Shown: positions 37,751 through 47,721, counted from the stretch's first letter. The stretch is DNA of 64,000 nucleotides from Deferribacterales bacterium (GCA_050253075.1 JBFWJS010000001.1:576001-640000), one strand, 5' to 3'. The notes: generated from the sequence alone by a model not told the origin. Numbers and translations: made by a program.

Positions 37751-38273
37751 GAATGAGAAAAAGAGACTGGTATTCGAAGACGGGATAGTTACGCTGGATA
37801 GTGAGCCTCTGCCGGGCATACTTGTTAGTGCCAGCGTTGGCTCTGAGGTCATATGGGATGATGCGAAGGAAGACGGGATGAGCGGTAAGAAACGTGTGGC
37901 GATGGGATGGGATGATGCGAGTGTGAACATCGTTGTTGACCTTTTGACTGAGGACGACAGTGACTGTTATGACAAGCTGCGTGTACTTGATAAGACATTT
38001 AAGGGGCATGATAATAAGGGCCTGCCACAGGTATATGCTGTGCGGAACAGGCACACTCTGGCCAGAGGTATAAACAACGTGGCCTTTGACAGGCTGGAGA
38101 GTGCGGAGGATGACCAGACAGACATTATCCGCTGTACGCTGCGCTTCACAGAACATATCCCTGCTGTTGTGAAGATGGAAAGTGAAACAGCTGCTAACTC
38201 AGCAGCTCCGCAGGATACGACACAGAAGACTGATCCAAAGCTAGATGAAACAATAACAGCAAATGTGAAGTAA
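37743..38273 (+). CDS. Putative tail tube initiator/baseplate protein
   Basis: Overlaps the tape measure stop, positional call. Confidence 0.6.
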   Translation: MPENEKKRLVFEDGIVTLDSEPLPGILVSASVGSEVIWDDAKEDGMSGKKRVAMGWDDASVNIVVDLLTEDDSDCYDKLRVLDKTFKGHDNKGLPQVYAVRNRHTLARGINNVAFDRLESAEDDQTDIIRCTLRFTEHIPAVVKMESETAANSAAPQDTTQKTDPKLDETITANVK

Positions 38274-39073
38274 TGAACTACAGCGGCATAATCACAGAAA
38301 TACAGCTAGGCAGCCTGAAGGTAAGCCGTGCTCCGGAGATAACTATCCGCCACGACAGATACCGCCCAGTGTCGATATGCTATATCACTCTGGCTGACCC
38401 GACAGGCTCTATGTATCGCACTGTGTCTGTAGATGATGCCGTGAGCCTTTTATATGGATACCGAGACGGAGCGAAAGCGACATGGAGCGGCACGATAACA
38501 TATCTGCAGAGGGGGAAAGATAAGCTGTACCTCACATGCTCTGATGCCGGCAGAGATGCTCTGAAAACATACATGACAGAATACTGGATGGATGAATCAC
38601 CGGCGGCGATAGTGCGTGCTGCCCTGGGGAAACTGGGGGGCATCGGAACTGTGCAGGATATGGACATCACCCTGCCATCATTTACTGCATCGAACATCAG
38701 CATATATGACCTGATCCGCAAGGTGGAGCACACTATGCAGCAGGGCTTTGATGTGGATGTATCACAGTATGCGCTCTTTATAGATGAGTCCGGAGTATGG
38801 AACTGGGGCGAGCATGGACTTGACGGTGAGATACCTGTTATCGCCAGTCAGAACGGTCTGATAGCGCATAACCCTGACATAGACGGATACGCAGGTAAGA
38901 AGACTGTGGAGACATGGCTTGTCCCTGGGTTTACCCATAGCAGACAGTTTAAGCTGAAGGATACATATGCCGGAGTGGACGGCTCATTTATGGCGGATGT
39001 TGTCTGCCATGTATTTAAGCAGCGGAATGTAAGGACGTTCATAAACTATGGAGGCGGCTATGGAAAGTTCTGA
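38273..39073 (+). CDS. Putative baseplate hub protein
   Basis: 266 aa, directly upstream of the spike gene, positional call. Confidence 0.6.
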   Translation: MNYSGIITEIQLGSLKVSRAPEITIRHDRYRPVSICYITLADPTGSMYRTVSVDDAVSLLYGYRDGAKATWSGTITYLQRGKDKLYLTCSDAGRDALKTYMTEYWMDESPAAIVRAALGKLGGIGTVQDMDITLPSFTASNISIYDLIRKVEHTMQQGFDVDVSQYALFIDESGVWNWGEHGLDGEIPVIASQNGLIAHNPDIDGYAGKKTVETWLVPGFTHSRQFKLKDTYAGVDGSFMADVVCHVFKQRNVRTFINYGGGYGKF

Positions 39074-39719
39074 GCTGAAGGCTCTGCTGAAGAAAGTAAT
39101 AGAGATCGCAATGCCTAACCTCCGTAAATACTACAGAGTCGTGCGGAAAGCAAAGGTTGTGGCGACATATGCCAGTAATGGGAAGTATTACTGCGATGTG
39201 CAGCCGATGCGTAATGATGAGTCTGTGGATGATGATGAGCCTGTGCTGAAGCGTGTGGAGATACCTGTCATATGGGCAGGATCTGCCAGGGGGATTATCT
39301 GCCCGCCTGCTGTCGGCAGCCATTGCGACCTTGAATATTATGACGGGGATCCATCATTCCCCAGAATATCAAACTTCCGCTGGCATGAGAACGGAGCACC
39401 CTCGGCAGCTGTGGACGAGCTGATCATCCAGCAGCAGGACGGAGTGTATATCCGGATATGTGCGAACAAGGATGTTGAAGTGAAGACTTCGGGAAACATA
39501 AAAGCTGAAGGCAAAGAGATTACCTTGAAAGCTGAGACTAAAATCATATTAGATGCCCCATTGGTTGATGCTTCGGCAGAGGTTAAGGCTGCGGGTAATA
39601 TGACATCTGCGGGTACTATGAAAGGTGCTGAAGTTGAAAATGGTGAAGGTAAGAAACTCGGAACACACAGGCACCCTATAACTGACGGTGCTGACTACAC
39701 AGGGCAGGCAGTATCATGA
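39060..39719 (+). CDS. Baseplate spike (gpV-like)
   Basis: OB-fold-like N-terminus, beta-helix repeats, C-terminal HRH metal motif. Confidence 0.8.
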   Translation: MESSELKALLKKVIEIAMPNLRKYYRVVRKAKVVATYASNGKYYCDVQPMRNDESVDDDEPVLKRVEIPVIWAGSARGIICPPAVGSHCDLEYYDGDPSFPRISNFRWHENGAPSAAVDELIIQQQDGVYIRICANKDVEVKTSGNIKAEGKEITLKAETKIILDAPLVDASAEVKAAGNMTSAGTMKGAEVENGEGKKLGTHRHPITDGADYTGQAVS

Positions 39720-40129
39720 ATGAAGATGTGAAAGATATCTATGTAGATGAAAACCTAACACCTGCTGTTACTGCCCAGGGTGAAGTGCTCATGGTGTCCG
39801 GTGTGCAGGTGATACTTCAGGATATAGCTCTGCGGCTGAAGACTCCGCTGGGTAGTTTGTTTTATGACGAAGAGTTCGGCAGCCTACTTTACCTCTTTAA
39901 AAACGATGAGAATACCGCTGTGAACAGGCAGGCGATCATAGCAGAGATAGAAAACAGAATAGACCTTGATACTCGTGTGATCCCTCTCTCTGTATCTGCC
40001 AGTGTTATCAGCTGGGATAAGGAAGGGATCAGCGTGAGTGCCAGCTTTAGGCTGTATGAGACGGAGACAGAATACTTTATGCATATAAGCATAGGGGATG
40101 ATATAAACGTGGTGGTGCAAGATGCCTGA
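39716..40129 (+). CDS. Baseplate wedge protein (gp25/W-like)
   Basis: QDIALRLKTPLGSLFYDEEFGS motif. Confidence 0.8.
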   Translation: MNEDVKDIYVDENLTPAVTAQGEVLMVSGVQVILQDIALRLKTPLGSLFYDEEFGSLLYLFKNDENTAVNRQAIIAEIENRIDLDTRVIPLSVSASVISWDKEGISVSASFRLYETETEYFMHISIGDDINVVVQDA

Positions 40130-41216
40130 AATACCAATAGATAAGACACTGGAAGATGTACGATCAGAAGTATATGAGAAAGTCGAGGAACAGCAGCAGG
40201 CTGATGGCCTGCCTAGAAAGCTGAACCTGAACAGAGGGCCTATACGTGGCCTTATAGAGCTTTTTAGCTGGGGGTTGTATCAGCTGTATCTCTTCCTGGC
40301 ATCTATCCTGAAACAGGCTTTCCCGTCCACCGCATCCGGAACATGGCTTGACCTGCACTGTAAGCAAGTCGGGATAACCAGAAAGGCTGCGACAAAGGCG
40401 ACAGGTAATGTGACTGTGACACGATCTCAGGCGGGGAATATTAGAATACCTGCAGGTAAAATATTCCGCACAGAGCCTGATGCTACTGGGCAGATATACC
40501 GCTTTGTGACCACTGAGGCTGTTGTGCTGCCTGATGGGACTGACAGTATAACTGTGCCTGTGGCGGCTGAAGAGTACGGACAGAACGGCAATGTCGTAGC
40601 TGGTATGATCTCTGTGATCGTGACATCTATCACAGGTATTGCCAGTGTGACAAATCTTTCGGACTGGCTGACATCTGAAGGCCGAGACAAAGAGACTGAT
40701 GATGAGCTGAGGGAGCGTTATTTCCTCGCATGGAAAGCTACTAATGGCTGTACAAAATACGCATATGAGAGCTGGGCTCTTGGAATCTCCGGCGTGGAGT
40801 CTGTGAAGATCCTTGACCAGCATCCACGTGGCCAGGGGACTGTTGATGTTATCGTTAAAGGTACTGCTGGCGCACCGACAGAGACGACACTGAGTGCTGT
40901 CGAGGCTGTTGTGGACACAAATAAGCCTGTTAATGATGATACAGAAGTACGTGGGCCGGAGATATCTAATGTTGTGATAGAGATCAGTCTGACACTCTCA
41001 TCCGGAGATCAGGCAACTGCTGTCGATGATGTAAAGGATATTATTAATGCTTACTTTAAAGATACTATAGACATCGGGACATCATTCACAAAGCAAAGGC
41101 TTACACAGCTGGCTATGTTGGAGAATGTGTCTGCCGTTACTATCACTCAGCCTGCTAATGATGTGTCTGTGGACTCTGATGGACTTGTGATCCTTCAGAG
41201 CCTGAGTGTGAGCTAA
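40122..41216 (+). CDS. Baseplate J-like protein
   Basis: ASGTWLDLH, G.D.ETDDELRER, YESWAL, PRGQGTVDV motifs. Confidence 0.92.
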   Translation: MPEIPIDKTLEDVRSEVYEKVEEQQQADGLPRKLNLNRGPIRGLIELFSWGLYQLYLFLASILKQAFPSTASGTWLDLHCKQVGITRKAATKATGNVTVTRSQAGNIRIPAGKIFRTEPDATGQIYRFVTTEAVVLPDGTDSITVPVAAEEYGQNGNVVAGMISVIVTSITGIASVTNLSDWLTSEGRDKETDDELRERYFLAWKATNGCTKYAYESWALGISGVESVKILDQHPRGQGTVDVIVKGTAGAPTETTLSAVEAVVDTNKPVNDDTEVRGPEISNVVIEISLTLSSGDQATAVDDVKDIINAYFKDTIDIGTSFTKQRLTQLAMLENVSAVTITQPANDVSVDSDGLVILQSLSVS

Positions 41217-41219
41217 GTT

Positions 41220-41858
41220 ATGTTTTTTCAATATTTTTCAAAGACTTTAAAATTCCCATTCCTTTCTGCAGGGAGTGCGATCACTAGCCTGGTGAAAGGT
41301 ATGGCTGCTGTGTTGGATGACATGGTGGACGTTCTCTACTGGCTACGGAAGCAGTTTATGCCGTCTGAGTGTGAGGAACAATACCTTCGCCGCTTTGCTG
41401 AAAGCAGGTCTATAAAGCGTTATTCATTTGAGTCTGCAGAACAGTACAGAGACCGTATCTTCGGAGCTTATATATTCTATGCTCTTGCTGGGCGAGTGGA
41501 CGGAATCAAGGCGATATTTGAGATGTATGGCCTTGATGTTGCCGTGCAGAGTCTGCGGGATGAAGACCCTGAAAGATGGGCTGAGTTTTACCTTATATTT
41601 GCGTCTGTGTCTGCAGACGTATTAACCAGAAACACTGAATATATAGAGATTATAAATGATGTTAAGCCCGCCCGCAGCAAGCTGGCAGGGATTAAATATA
41701 ATATGGATATAGATGGGGACGTGTACGTGGCCTCTGGGCTTCAGACCAGCTCAATATGTATTGTTCAGCCTGCGGAGCTTGAAGATATATATGTGGATAC
41801 AGCTGCGTATCTTTCTGGGTATATCCATACCGTTAGCAAAGTAATAATCGGAGGGTAA
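41220..41858 (+). CDS. Baseplate/tail protein (P2 gpI-like)
   Basis: ES.EQYRDRI, INDVKPARS motifs. Confidence 0.78.
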   Translation: MFFQYFSKTLKFPFLSAGSAITSLVKGMAAVLDDMVDVLYWLRKQFMPSECEEQYLRRFAESRSIKRYSFESAEQYRDRIFGAYIFYALAGRVDGIKAIFEMYGLDVAVQSLRDEDPERWAEFYLIFASVSADVLTRNTEYIEIINDVKPARSKLAGIKYNMDIDGDVYVASGLQTSSICIVQPAELEDIYVDTAAYLSGYIHTVSKVIIGG

Positions 41859-41859
41859 T

Positions 41860-42987
41860 ATGCCTGATTTTAAATCATATGTGACTCTTGTGGGGACGGC
41901 GAAGATAGCGGCTGCTATTACTGCCGGCACTGCTGTTGACCTTACAGAGATGGCTATCGGTGACGGTGGAGGCTCTGTTGTTGAGCCGACTCCAGATATG
42001 GAAACACTGGTGAATGAGGTGGCGAGAGTGTCATTAACTGGATACTCTGCAGATACAGAGAGCAGCACTATAGAAGCTACTGCTGTTATATCTGCATCTG
42101 TAGGAGGTTGGACGATCAGGGAGCTTGGACTTTATGATGCTGAAGGTGATCTGATAGCTGTGTGTAACTATCCTGATACAGTGAAGCCTGTCCTTACTGA
42201 TGGCGTTGCTTCTGACCTTGTGGTCGGTATGAATATCGCTGTTGCTTCCACAGAAGCTGTCACCCTTGCTGTGGATCCATCAAAAGTGCTTGCGACTCGT
42301 GAGTATGCAGACAGTGTTGTCTCTAATCATGAAGGAAAAAGTGATCCGCATTCTCAATATGCGCCTAAAGTATCACCAATATTTACAGGGACACCGACAG
42401 CTCCCACGCCTGCTTCGGCTGACAATTCCTTAAAACTGGCCACTACTGCTTTTGTTAAAGCTGCCCTTGCGGCACTGGTTGATAGTAGCCCTGCGGCTCT
42501 TGATACGCTTAATGAACTGGCGGCCGCTCTTGGGGATGATCCTAACTTTGCGACAACAATGACAAATGCGCTCGCAGGAAAACTTAATTCTGATTCGTAC
42601 ACTGCTGCAGACGTTCTTGCAAAAATTAAGAGTGTTGATGGGGCTGGTTCTGGCGTAGATTGTGATCTTGTTCGAGGGCTTCCTGCTAACTTTACAATTG
42701 TTAAAAATATAAATGGCCGTCAAGAGAATCCGTCCGGTTTTTTTGAACAATGGGTCAGAGTTACTGTCTCTATTCCTCCTGGCGCAAATGAATATGATAT
42801 CGTTTTACCAGTAGCATTTCCTGTTCTGATGGCGTTTTGCGTAGCGAATATTGCTAATACAAATAATAATGTTATCAATTATTCTGCCGGAGCGAATGGT
42901 ACAGCGGCACTTAAAGTTTATGTTTCTAATACAGGTGGCACTACTTATGAAACTGTAACTATAACATGTTTTGCGATAGGATATTAA
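41860..42987 (+). CDS. Tail fibre protein
   Basis: P2 gpH-like N-terminus (MAIGDGGG, GGWTIRELGL), DPHSQYA, LDTLNELAAALGDDPNFATT. AT-richer variable C-terminus. Confidence 0.92.
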   Translation: MPDFKSYVTLVGTAKIAAAITAGTAVDLTEMAIGDGGGSVVEPTPDMETLVNEVARVSLTGYSADTESSTIEATAVISASVGGWTIRELGLYDAEGDLIAVCNYPDTVKPVLTDGVASDLVVGMNIAVASTEAVTLAVDPSKVLATREYADSVVSNHEGKSDPHSQYAPKVSPIFTGTPTAPTPASADNSLKLATTAFVKAALAALVDSSPAALDTLNELAAALGDDPNFATTMTNALAGKLNSDSYTAADVLAKIKSVDGAGSGVDCDLVRGLPANFTIVKNINGRQENPSGFFEQWVRVTVSIPPGANEYDIVLPVAFPVLMAFCVANIANTNNNVINYSAGANGTAALKVYVSNTGGTTYETVTITCFAIGY

Positions 42988-42990
42988 GGA

Positions 42991-43374
42991 GTGAATATGA
43001 GTAAATATATGACAGTGGACGGTGAAGGTTGCCCAAATGGTTTTTACGATACGAGTATTAATACAAATATTCCGGAGATGGCGATTGAGATCACAGACGA
43101 ACAGTACTATGAGCTTATTAATAATCAAGGTGCTCGAAAGTGGAACGGTGAGACTGTAGTTGAGTATATAAAGGAGCTCTCTGCTGAGGAGCAAGCGAAT
43201 ATACGCATTGCTGAAATAGATAAATTATTGGCTACGAATGAGCTTGCTTGTATACGACCACTTCGGGCTATAGCTGCGGGAAATGGTACAGCGTATGACA
43301 CTCAAAAGCTCGCAGAGTTAGATACTGAGGCTGAGGCTCTCAGAATAGAGAGAGCTAGTCTTGTATCTGAGTAA
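42991..43374 (+). CDS. Tail fibre assembly chaperone
   Basis: GFYDTSIN..IP..AIEITDEQYYELI motif. Confidence 0.8.
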   Translation: MNMSKYMTVDGEGCPNGFYDTSINTNIPEMAIEITDEQYYELINNQGARKWNGETVVEYIKELSAEEQANIRIAEIDKLLATNELACIRPLRAIAAGNGTAYDTQKLAELDTEAEALRIERASLVSE

Positions 43375-43428
43375 GTGTTGAAACTTTTCCAATTATATTG
43401 AATAAGTCGCCCCGCTCAGTTATAGTGC

Positions 43429-43453
43429 AAAAAACGCCGCCGTTTTGGCGGCG
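43429..43453 (-). terminator. Intrinsic terminator at prophage right end, facing inward
   Basis: CGCCGCC-N5-GGCGGCG hairpin (43435-43453) followed by T6 on the minus strand. Confidence 0.65.
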
Positions 43454-43460
43454 TGCTACA

Positions 43461-43466
43461 AGACGA
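43461..43466 (+). repeat. Right copy of 6-bp target site duplication AGACGA
   Basis: Immediately after terminal CA (43459-43460). Confidence 0.93.
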
Positions 43467-43791
43467 TAATGAATTGCATCTGAAAATGTGCAAGATCCTG
43501 CTGAATAATCTCGGACACGAGGTTAATACGGCGACGTCTCTCGAAGCACTGAAAGATGTTATCGACACTGTCGAGACCCCTGATGTGGTGCTGATAGACT
43601 ACAGACTGAACCCGGGCGAGACAGGTGTGGATGTGCTTCATTATCTGAAGAGCGAACATAAATGGAACGGCAGCAGGATGGTTGCTCTCACGGCTGATAT
43701 CAGCGAGAGGTCAACACTGGAAAGCGCAGGGTTTAAAAACATAGTTTTCAAGCCTGTGACAGAGTCGCTCCTGAAGGAGATCATCAAATAG
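43461..43791 (+). pseudogene. 3' part of response regulator interrupted by prophage
   Basis: DDNELHL...LIDYRL...ALTAD...FKPV receiver lacking its first beta-strand, which lies at 10106. Confidence 0.92.
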
Positions 43792-45264
43792 ATGAGTGCT
43801 AAATTCGACAGCCTTAGAAACGAAATCAATGACTGCTTCTACGAGATAGTCGGTATTATCAATGAGATAATAAGCCACCGTACCGACAGCTTCACAGACA
43901 TGCTGAAGGTAAGTGAAGAGATACAGAGAGGCTCTGAAAGCTTTGTAGACGAGACTGACAAGGTTATCACAGCAATCTCGGACGACATAAATGATAAGAT
44001 CCAGAATCTGAACATGAACAAGATGAAGCAGGACATCGTCGACGCCACATCTACCTTCATTGCTATTACGGACGAGCTGGAACTTCTCTCGTATAACACC
44101 ATATGCCGAACTATGGCTCTCGGTGACAAAGGCTCCACCATCACGCACATCAGTAAAGAGATAAAGAAATACTCCACAACGGTTAAGTCACTGCTGGACG
44201 TTATATCCGTCAATTTCAACGAGATGTTCAACAGATTTAAATCCGTATCCGACCACCTGATGGATAACAAGCTGGTGCCTGAGGACACATCGCTGAATGT
44301 CGAGTCTATGGACGACTTCGTCATGACATCCGACGCATCCGTCCTGATAGAGAACTCACAGTTCCACGATATATTTATGCAGGAGCTGGAGATAATAAAC
44401 GATGCTCTCAGCAATACTTCATATACATCAGCGTATGAGGCGGGCATCATATTCGGTATTTATGAAAAGGCTATGGCTAAGCTCGACTTCGTTAAATACG
44501 GCATACAGGAAAAACTGGAAAACATAAGGTCCGTCATGGGCGACTTTATATATACATTCAATACAGACCTGCAGAACATCATCGGCAAAACAAACATACT
44601 CCGCTCTGAGCTGGGCAGGGTATCCGAACTGTCGAAGGATGTCTGCGACAACGTAAACACGCTGACAGACAGAGTGGCAGGCACAAAGGACATTCTGTAT
44701 AAAACAAAAAGCAGTGTGGACATGCTGGGAAAACAGTCAAAGACATTCCGCAACCTTGTGGTCATCACGGCTGTAGAGGTGGCACGCATAAATGACGAAA
44801 GCCTGCGCAGTGTTGTCGTTTCCATGAACCAGACAGAGGCAGAACTTCAGGAGCTCATCACAAAGCTCCATGACAATATCGACATATGGAGCGTACTGCG
44901 GACAGACTTCATGGCGACATTCGACACAGCCCAGAAGAGCATGGATCACCTGTGCAGGGATAAAAGCGATAACGAACGCAACGAAGTCATGCAGAAGACT
45001 CTTCATCTCGATGACGAGCTGAATAATTTCCGGAAGATATTTACCTCCGAAAGATATGTCAATTTCTTTGAAAGCACCACAGGCAAGCTCGTAGAGCTCT
45101 TTGGTGAATTCAATGACAGCGTTTCAGAGGAATTCATGAATTTTAATAACAGTCTGGGCGATGATATCCTTTCAGACGAAGAATTTACTAACGGACGTAA
45201 CGACGCCGAGCTAAAGGATATATTGGCCGAGGATGACGACCAGTCATCTGTGGAATTTTTCTGA
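43792..45264 (+). CDS. Cytoplasmic coiled-coil protein with degenerate MCP-like signalling motifs
   Basis: LELLSYNTICRTMALGDKGSTITHISKEIK and NLVVITAVEVARI resemble chemoreceptor tips. Ends in SSVEFF. Confidence 0.55.
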   Translation: MSAKFDSLRNEINDCFYEIVGIINEIISHRTDSFTDMLKVSEEIQRGSESFVDETDKVITAISDDINDKIQNLNMNKMKQDIVDATSTFIAITDELELLSYNTICRTMALGDKGSTITHISKEIKKYSTTVKSLLDVISVNFNEMFNRFKSVSDHLMDNKLVPEDTSLNVESMDDFVMTSDASVLIENSQFHDIFMQELEIINDALSNTSYTSAYEAGIIFGIYEKAMAKLDFVKYGIQEKLENIRSVMGDFIYTFNTDLQNIIGKTNILRSELGRVSELSKDVCDNVNTLTDRVAGTKDILYKTKSSVDMLGKQSKTFRNLVVITAVEVARINDESLRSVVVSMNQTEAELQELITKLHDNIDIWSVLRTDFMATFDTAQKSMDHLCRDKSDNERNEVMQKTLHLDDELNNFRKIFTSERYVNFFESTTGKLVELFGEFNDSVSEEFMNFNNSLGDDILSDEEFTNGRNDAELKDILAEDDDQSSVEFF

Positions 45265-45277
45265 TAGCGGGGTTTTA

Positions 45278-45646
45278 ATGAGCGTAATAAATGTTTTGGT
45301 AGCAGAAGACGACAAGCTGAACAGGCTGATGCTGTGCAGACTGCTGGCAAAGCTGGGAACAGAGACGAAAGATGCATCAAACGGTCAGGAAGCCGTGGAA
45401 AAAGAGCAGGAGGGCTCTTTCGACATTGTGCTTCTGGACTATAACATGCCCGTATACAGCGGTGCCGAGAGCGCAAGGCTGATACGTGAAAACTGTGAGA
45501 AAGACGGACGCAGGACACCGCTTCTGGTATGTGTGTCGGCAGACGAAGACCTCAGTGACAGCGGTGTTTTCGACTGTTTTCTGCCGAAGCCGTTTAAAAT
45601 AGAAGACATACAAGGCATCTTAGACAAAATTTCTCAGGGGGAATGA
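45278..45646 (+). CDS. Single-domain response regulator
   Basis: VLVAEDD, LLDYNMP, LPKPF motifs. Confidence 0.9.
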   Translation: MSVINVLVAEDDKLNRLMLCRLLAKLGTETKDASNGQEAVEKEQEGSFDIVLLDYNMPVYSGAESARLIRENCEKDGRRTPLLVCVSADEDLSDSGVFDCFLPKPFKIEDIQGILDKISQGE

Positions 45647-45671
45647 TATCAAAGATTATGATATCGGAAAG

Positions 45672-45965
45672 GTGGCGGAGCTTATCGGTCTGGATAAAGA
45701 CATAATGATCATGCTGCTTGACGAATTCTTCAGCGTAATGGAAGAGGAGATAGCCGCTCTGCGCTCAGCCATAGAGAAGGACGATGCGGAGCTGATAAGG
45801 CATCACGCTCATAAGATGAAGGGCGCCGCCGCAAACATGATGGTGGAAGACCTGCGTGAGCACTGCCACGACCTTCAGGACGCTGATAAAAACGATAAAA
45901 AACTGGTAAACGACCTCTTCGCAAAGATCGAAGCCTCATACGCAGAGTTCAGGTCTTTATTTTAA
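45672..45965 (+). CDS. Hpt-domain protein (start uncertain)
   Basis: HAHKMKGAAAN phosphotransfer motif. Confidence 0.85.
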   Translation: MAELIGLDKDIMIMLLDEFFSVMEEEIAALRSAIEKDDAELIRHHAHKMKGAAANMMVEDLREHCHDLQDADKNDKKLVNDLFAKIEASYAEFRSLF

Positions 45966-47117
45966 GATATTCGCCTTTGCAGTGTCGTACACTATAGACG
46001 GGGCACAGCCGAGCTTTTCCCCTGCCCTTACACAGTCGTCCCATTCAGGGCTGTATTTCTTTATATCGCCAAAGCTCAGAACTTTCACATTCACTTTTTC
46101 GCCCGATACTTCAACAGATTCCATGTGTCTGTCCATAACCATGCGGTCTGATCTGTGATATCTCATGCCCGCCGTGGACGTATGGCGGAAGAGGATGTCT
46201 GCTATGGTGTCCGTCTCTCTGTGTTCGCAAAGTATGGTCAGATGCATTGCAGGGCGGTTCTTCTTTGCCGTTACGGCTGTGATGAAGAAATCCAGTGCGT
46301 GCGGCTCGAGAGTTTTGAAAAGACTGCCGATCACTTCCCCCGAACAGTCGTCTATGTTTGTCTCTATCACGGTTATCTGACCGCACTTCATAGATGCGCC
46401 GAGTAGAGTCCCTCTAAGGATGTTCGGCATGGTTTTCAGGGTCAGTGTCCCTGTGGAATATGCAGAGCCGAGTATCTTTCCGCTGTATGCGGTGGAGAAT
46501 TCCTTTACGTAATATTTCAGTATGGCCGCCCCTGTGGGGGTGGTGAGCTCATTTGGCTCTTCTGTACGGATGACGTCGAGCTCTTCGAGTATTTTAAGGG
46601 TAGCGGGTGCGGGTACGGGCACTTTGCCGTGTGCACATTTTACAAATCCGCTCCCCAATACGGGTTTCGAAGCCGATATCTCCGTTATGCCGAGCTTATG
46701 GACTCCGTATGCGAAGCCCACTATGTCGAGTATGGAATCCAGCGCACCGACCTCGTGGAAGTGAACCTCTTCGGATGATCTGCCGTGCACCTTACCTTCG
46801 GCATCGGCAATAATTTCGAAAATGCCGACAGCATCCCTGACCACCTGATCGGGCAGGTCAGCCTGCTGGAGCATATCTCTGATGTCTTTCATCCTTCGGT
46901 GGGCGTGCTCGTGGGGCATGTCTATCTTCAGCCTTGCTGATTCTATGCCGTTGATAAATGTCTTTTCCACATCTATCTTTATCTCTTTTCCCGTCATCTT
47001 CAGCACTATGTCAGTTACTTCGCTGAGGTCGAGCCCCAGCCCGTGCAGCACCGCAAGGGACATGTCCCCCGCTATGCCTGATGATATATCAAAGTGTAGA
47101 ATAGTATTTGCATGCAT
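45957..47117 (-). CDS. larC: Nickel pincer cofactor biosynthesis protein LarC
   Basis: SGIAGDM, VHFHEVGALDSI, AHG..PVPAPAT, ELTTPTGAA, ETNIDD motifs. Confidence 0.93.
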   Translation of the reverse strand: MHANTILHFDISSGIAGDMSLAVLHGLGLDLSEVTDIVLKMTGKEIKIDVEKTFINGIESARLKIDMPHEHAHRRMKDIRDMLQQADLPDQVVRDAVGIFEIIADAEGKVHGRSSEEVHFHEVGALDSILDIVGFAYGVHKLGITEISASKPVLGSGFVKCAHGKVPVPAPATLKILEELDVIRTEEPNELTTPTGAAILKYYVKEFSTAYSGKILGSAYSTGTLTLKTMPNILRGTLLGASMKCGQITVIETNIDDCSGEVIGSLFKTLEPHALDFFITAVTAKKNRPAMHLTILCEHRETDTIADILFRHTSTAGMRYHRSDRMVMDRHMESVEVSGEKVNVKVLSFGDIKKYSPEWDDCVRAGEKLGCAPSIVYDTAKANILK

Positions 47118-47721
47118 GTGAAACTCCGCATTGGTCACATTTAGGGCTTCTGGCTGTGCATATCTCACGTCCGAAGTATATGACACGGTGGCACCAGTCG
47201 CAGTGTTTTTCGCCTTTTAATATTTTTTCCAGATCTTTTTCGACCTTATCCGGGTCTGTGTTTACAGTCAGCCCGATTCGCTTTGCTATTCGCTTTACGT
47301 GGGTGTCTACGACCACCCCGGGCATCTTCCACAGATTACCCCTGACGACATTCGCCGTTTTTCTGCCTACGCCGGGGAGGGCGAGCAGCTCGTCCATCTC
47401 TTTCGGCACTTCTCCGCCGTATTTCTCCACCAGCATTTTTGCCATGCCGGTGATGCTTTTCGACTTCATTTTATACATCCCCGTGCTTTTGATCAGCTTT
47501 TCCACATCGGCGATATCGGCGTCGGCGAGTGCGAATGCATCGGGATAAGCGGCAAAGAGATCCTTTGTCACTATGTTTACTCTGGCGTCTGTGCACTGTG
47601 CGCTGAGTATCGTCGCAGTCAGCAGCTGAAAGGGGGTTCCGTAGTTTAGAGAGCAGACCACGACGGGATATTTTTCCTCAAGGTACTGCTCGAAAATCTC
47701 TGATCTTTCTTTCCTGTTCAT
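47089..47721 (-). CDS. nth: Endonuclease III
   Basis: LSAQCTD.RVN, LPGVGRKTANVV, VDTHV, C-X6-C-X2-C-X5-C cluster. Confidence 0.96.
   Translation of the reverse strand: MNRKERSEIFEQYLEEKYPVVVCSLNYGTPFQLLTATILSAQCTDARVNIVTKDLFAAYPDAFALADADIADVEKLIKSTGMYKMKSKSITGMAKMLVEKYGGEVPKEMDELLALPGVGRKTANVVRGNLWKMPGVVVDTHVKRIAKRIGLTVNTDPDKVEKDLEKILKGEKHCDWCHRVIYFGREICTARSPKCDQCGVSHACKYYSTL

Larger units (their letters stand above)
10129..43460. mobile_element. Transposable (Mu-like, B3/BcepMu-type organisation) prophage with contractile tail, 33,332 bp
   Basis: TGT...ACA termini, 6-bp TSD, DDE transposase + AAA ATPase, Mor, GemA, DUF935-like portal, MuF, gpI-like protease, gp36/gpG-like, sheath, tube, baseplate and fibre genes. 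Confidence 0.96.

Noticed and set aside
41860..43374. Invertible tail-fibre segment or diversity-generating retroelement
   Set aside because: No invertase, reverse transcriptase, second fibre end, flanking inverted repeats or template repeat was seen.
45643..45671. Possible lost start or frameshift upstream of the Hpt gene
   Set aside because: The ATG at 45643 is out of frame, but GTG 45672 gives an adequate Hpt domain. It cannot be resolved without homologues.
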